A stretch of 64,000 bases of DNA from Schizochytrium sp. TIO01 (Eukaryota > Protista > Bigyra: Labyrinthulomycetes). The translations under genes and the position numbers were made by a program. The number at the start of each line of letters is the position of its first letter. The first letter of the stretch is position 1. This document shows, in pieces, positions 59,481-64,000 of this stretch. The notes under the pieces are model-generated. The model had not been told where the DNA came from and made no database searches. It saw only the letters and a list, made by a program, of their open reading frames with translations. The stretch covers positions 2,790,001 to 2,854,000 of the forward strand of contig SMSO01000032.1 in assembly GCA_004764695.1 (NCBI GenBank). The letters run 5' to 3'.

Positions 59481-60420
59481 CCCTCCGTGTCGTCTTCCGC
59501 TCCACGGTCCACGGGGCGTCTCCATCGCCTGCTTCAGAGACGGCCGATTCCGTGCGTCTCTGTGCATCGCGACCTTGAAGAAGAAGTCTTTGGTCTGCTC
59601 ATTGCAACCGTCCATTCCTTGCGTCGCACAGGCGCTCGCTCTCCATGCCGGCCGGCCAGCCGTGGTGTCGTCGTCTGAGCTGGATGGGTTTGCGGGGCTC
59701 CGCGTTCTTCTCCAAGGCCGTTTCCATCGCTCAGCCAGCCCGAGTGAGTGTCCACGGCCGATGTTGATGGGTTCTGGGGTGGGTGGGTCTCAGGCCCTGC
59801 AAACGTTACGCGCCGTCGTTCGAACATCCATCCATCCATCCATCCATCCATCCCTATGGCGATGTCGGCCTCAGACATTCGTTTTGCTTCGGAAACGGTG
59901 CGACGTGGTCACTCGTGCGTACGCCACCGCCTCTGATGGTGGCCCTCGTAACCTCTCGAGCTAAGATGCTTGCTAGCCAGTGGCGCTAGCTGGCGTATTG
60001 GATGTACCTAGATTTTCTTTCAGAGCTCAAGCTCGAGTCCGTTGACCCGCCGACTCGGGCGTTTATCTCCTTCGACTCGGGCGTCGCGCCAAAGCTTGGC
60101 TTGCTTGCTTGCTTTCTGGCCGACGCGTCGGGTGGCGGCTGCAGCTTCGAGGCTGCGCACGGCCCGAATGGCTGGGCACGTTGAGGGCCTGGTCGCGGCC
60201 GTTTCAATCAATCACGGAGGAGGAGGAGGCAAAACATGGCATTGCGCCGCAGTGACGCGGCGGCGACTTCGTAACAGTAGCTTTCTTTGATCGTTTTGAC
60301 GCAAAGTTCGCACGCATCGTGGCTTTGTCGGTCCACGGGGACGTGTGCCCGCAAGATACGCCCGAGGTTCGAGTGCATCGCGCCGGCTCTGGGGCGTGCG
60401 AGCAGGCTGCGGTGGTCCAG
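59480..60420 (-). pseudogene. Near-complete kinase relic (I-XI)
   Basis: NLGRILRA (I), ELCVKTIK..E (II-III), EAVAYAR...HRFRSKTNV (VIa-b), FAGPET...TSAVDTHS (VIII-IX), HGERAP...W, EQTKDFF..AMHRDARNRPSLKQAM (XI). Confidence 0.65.
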
Positions 60421-61599
60421 GCGGGTCCCTGGGACTTCCGGGGTCCTCCGCGCGAGAGTTTCTGGGCTCGAGTCGTCGGTCCTTGCGAAGATACTTGCGC
60501 CAGAACTTCGATACAAATCCGAGCTTTGACATCGTCCCAGAGTTTAGTCACCGGCGACCCCGCCCTCAGCTGTCTCCAGAGACCTCGATCTGGGCGGCGG
60601 TCTATTAAACGGCCTATCTTCCCCCCTCACACGCCACTGGCTGCGCCTGCGTCCCACCGTGCGACCGGTCCTTTAACTTCAACTCCCATTCCCCCGTCGT
60701 CCTTGCCACGACTTTTAGTGGCGCGGATATTACCAGACACCACCCCGCCAAGGGCTGCTTGTGGGCGGCTGAGGCGAGGGCGGGTTGCGCGGGCCCAGAG
60801 GGGACCAAGGTCGCAAGTCCAGTGTGCCGATGTCCAGAGGGGGAAAAAAGAGGCGGCCGCTTTGAAATGAACGAAGACGTCGAAAGGGCATCATTGCATG
60901 GTTCTTTCTCATTCTTTCTTTCTTACTTTCTGTGTCTGTCTGCGCGTGCCAAACTGAGCGATTGCGGCGCTTAAGGGTTCGGTGTCTCCGGCCGAAGAGC
61001 ACTTCAATGATGCGGAGGCCGCTTTCTTCGCCGCGAGCTCCGTCCGAGAGAGCAGAGAGCACGAGTCGAAGCGGCAGTGGAAAGCGCGCTTTGCTTCATC
61101 TCCTGTGATTCTGTATGTATGTATTTATGTATGTATGTATGTTCCACTTATTGGTTTAAAAATCTTCACCTTCATTTCTTTGGAAGTTTGAAGGCGCAAA
61201 TTGTTCCCATCACCTGTCATAAAAACTTTCTTGTAAAGTTTTTACTTACTTCGGAAAGAAAAACAAACATCTCTTTACCAAGGGTGCATCTTCTTGTTAA
61301 GTTTTTTTATTATTTTTTAATTAATTAAATTAACAATACTGCATGTTGTTGAGCTGTAAAAGATATGTTAAAGTAAATTGAACGTAAATAAACAAAGACC
61401 ATTATCTTGTTAATAACTAAACGACTATAATAAGTTTAAAAGTTAAAAATTAAAATAAAATAAAAGGTATCATCCGTCTAACATTTCAATTTCATTTTAA
61501 CCAAAAAAGAAAGTAAGGGTGGACGTGTGGGTACGATTTCGATATTCTTCATTTGGCTTACTGCCCTGCAAAGCATGTAATCCTCAAGCTATGTAAGTT

Positions 61600-61750
61600 A
61601 TTTTCGATACTTCATAGTGGCAGCTGCGTATAAGTGAGTTGGACCGGGTAGTTCAAACTTATGGGTGCAGCAGGTTTTTTCATTTATCCAGTAGGCGCTA
61701 AAATCCTTCGCGCGAGAGAAGATTGTGCTATCATGTGTATTGCATTGCAT
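61600..61750 (-). pseudogene. Kinase relic (VII-VIII)
   Basis: RAKDFSA ... PGPTHLYAAA. Confidence 0.35.
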
Positions 61751-62429
61751 TGCATTGCATTGCATTTGGGAGGTGGAGGAGGCACAGACAGACAGACAGA
61801 CAGACCGACCGACAGACAGACAGACAGACTCTCTCTGACAGTGACGTCTCACTTCTGCGTCTCTTCATTCGTTGATTGGGCAATGCGACAGAGCACCTCA
61901 AAACCAACACTCACTTCTTTCTTCTTCAAGTTCTTTCTCTGCTTCTGCGGGCGAGTCGTTCGCGGACGATGCATCGATGGTTCTCTCCCCTTCTTTCTTC
62001 TTATCAACGAGGTCTCTTACATGTGTAATAAAAAGAAGGGGCTAAAGAGGATTTGTCGAGAAATGTTTGTAATAAGTTACTTCTCGAGGATTGATGGAGT
62101 GATGGATTGATCGATCGATCATTGCAATTCTTTCTGCTTCCGGCGAAGAGGCGACAGACTCACTTCACTTCGAAGACCTCGAAAGCATCTGCAAAGCAGC
62201 GCTTTCTGCTTTCCTCGAAGTCTACTTTCCAAACTGATATGAACGAGTGACCTGTACATCAGTAAAATGCTTGAATGAGTGAATGAGTGAATGAATGAAT
62301 GAGTGAATGAATGAATGAATGAATGAATCCATCGACCAAATCAACGAGTCAATGAACGCACGAACGAACGAACGAATGAATGAATGAATGGAGGAATGGA
62401 GGAATGAGTTAGTCTATCAAAGCCGCGTG

Positions 62430-63520
62430 CCGCAAGGTGCGTTTCAAGCAGGAAAGCGGCCCTTCGGACGCGTAGACAGCGGGCAGTCCGAGGTCGCACC
62501 GGCATTGGCAGGATACGAGGAGCCGCAGTCTGATGTAGGGTGAACAATAAATGAGTTAAGTCCGTGTGCAAATCCGGTGGCGTGGGTTTCTTTCATTTCT
62601 GTTTAAGTGTTTTTAAAGTGGATAAATAAAATACATGAAAATAGATTAAACTGATTTACACTGTAAAGTATTTCTTTTCTCTCTTATGAAACCAAAAAGG
62701 AAACTAAAACTAATGAACGATAAATAACTCGAAACAGCAAATTCAGCCCGTCCCATTCAATATTACTTGCATTCCGTTGTTGGGTACCGTGCAGCAAGTA
62801 ACCAATAAAGTAAACTATCCACGGTAAAAGCAAACTATACATTATTTATTCGCTCATTCATGCATTTAGTTTAGTTCACTTCTGAGGTCATGTGTTTGCT
62901 GGTTTGTACGGCAAACAGAGTCCTTGGTAGGCAGGGCTAGTGAGGTCCTAGGCAGCGAGACGTTCTTCGATCTATCTATCTATCTATCTATGCACATCTA
63001 AATGAACGTGCGTAAAGATAATAGATAGATAGATAGAAAGATATACATACTCAGGAACCTAATCTGTACCTGAATGAATGTAACCAACGTTGTGCGTCGT
63101 AGGTCGTGGTGATCGAATCATCGGAGCGAGCATTGCGTTGCGTTCGCGAGGGATTGAGTCAGGGTCGAAGCTTGAGCAAATCCACGCCGATTCTTGAGGG
63201 CTCAAGCCAAGATCTCCGCCAATCTAATCTCCACATCGACGACGAGTGCACACCCTATTCTCAATCAATCAATCAATCAATCAATAAGGAGTCTGCAAAT
63301 TGGCCTCGCATCTCATCTTCGTCTCATCCCATCTCATCTCATGACTTCCTTAGGCTCTCAGGTTCTGCGGCGAAGCTCTCTTTGATTGTTTGCTCGGCTC
63401 GTCTGCGTAAAAGGAAGAGGCAGCTCTTAGAGACCACGACGAGCAGCGAACGAACTCGCTGCGAGGTCATTGATTGACTCAACTAACTCGCAGGGCGGTG
63501 GCTCCCGTCAGCCTCAAGAA
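62430..63520 (+). pseudogene. Kinase relic, TKL-like (I-IX)
   Basis: GKRPFGRVDSG at 62451-62483 (GxGxFGxVYxG), VREGLS...PIL...DLRQSNLHIDD at 63211-63243 (DLKxSNILID), LSGSAAKLS (VIII), LAGRWLP (IX). Confidence 0.7.
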
Positions 63521-63605
63521 ACCGCCCGCGAGGATCGATGGGGGAGAGAGATCTTTTTTCCATGATTCGCTTCGCGTGGCGTCTTCAGCTCAGCTTCTTC
63601 CACGC

Positions 63606-63697
63606 TAAAGCTCAGGATCAAGCTCAGGATCGAGCTCGAGCTCAGGCTCAAGCTCGAGCCTGAAATCTTGAACTCGAACTTGAGCTTGAACTTGAAG
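63606..63697. repeat. Degenerate hexamer array (GCTCAG/GCTCGA/ACTTGA)n
   Basis: Direct reading. Confidence 0.75.
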
Positions 63698-64000
63698 ATC
63701 GCCTCTGCTTTTTATTGTGGCGCATTTCTTGGTGTGCATTTCCGCTTTGAAGGAGGGCTGATTACTTACTGCCTCTCTAGAGAGTTTTGATAAGTTATAA
63801 GTTTGTAGTCACTTTGATTTAATTAAAAAGAAGGAAAAAAGAGTGATAACAGGGGAAAATTTGTGAAACAGCTCGAATGCAAATTTAACAAGCAAACGAA
63901 GCATCGAAGAGACAGAAGGACAAAAGGGCACAAGGACAGCCGTGAACCACGGGTCGTCGTGTGATCGACGTCCGTGCTCAGAGCCATCAGCGGTTTTATT

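Overview
This is a eukaryotic nuclear window with intron-poor genes separated by microsatellite-rich spacers. The style and the flagellar IQUB gene suggest a flagellated protist, probably a thraustochytrid/labyrinthulomycete-like stramenopile (inference). Intact genes: an SLC45/sucrose-symporter-like MFS transporter, a very large USP24/34-like deubiquitinase (5' end broken by two +1 frame changes), an FKBP (one GT-AG intron), RRP4, a glutaredoxin, an ankyrin-repeat protein, a tandem pair of Cys-rich four-TM (claudin-topology) proteins, a tandem pair of PT-repeat/DCGG/TRP-like multi-TM surface proteins, IQUB and RPN6. Main observation: the intergenic DNA is not featureless. Hand translation shows that most spacers are tiled, on both strands, with heavily eroded eukaryotic protein-kinase domains (about 25 relics). 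Their Hanks subdomain motifs are still in the correct order, broken by stops, frameshifts, microsatellites and AT-rich inserts. Between two relics lies a much less decayed pseudogene with two copies of a virus/phage-type zinc-ribbon plus 'SxDRxxxxKGY' endonuclease-like domain. All motif calls are by eye and need profile-HMM confirmation.
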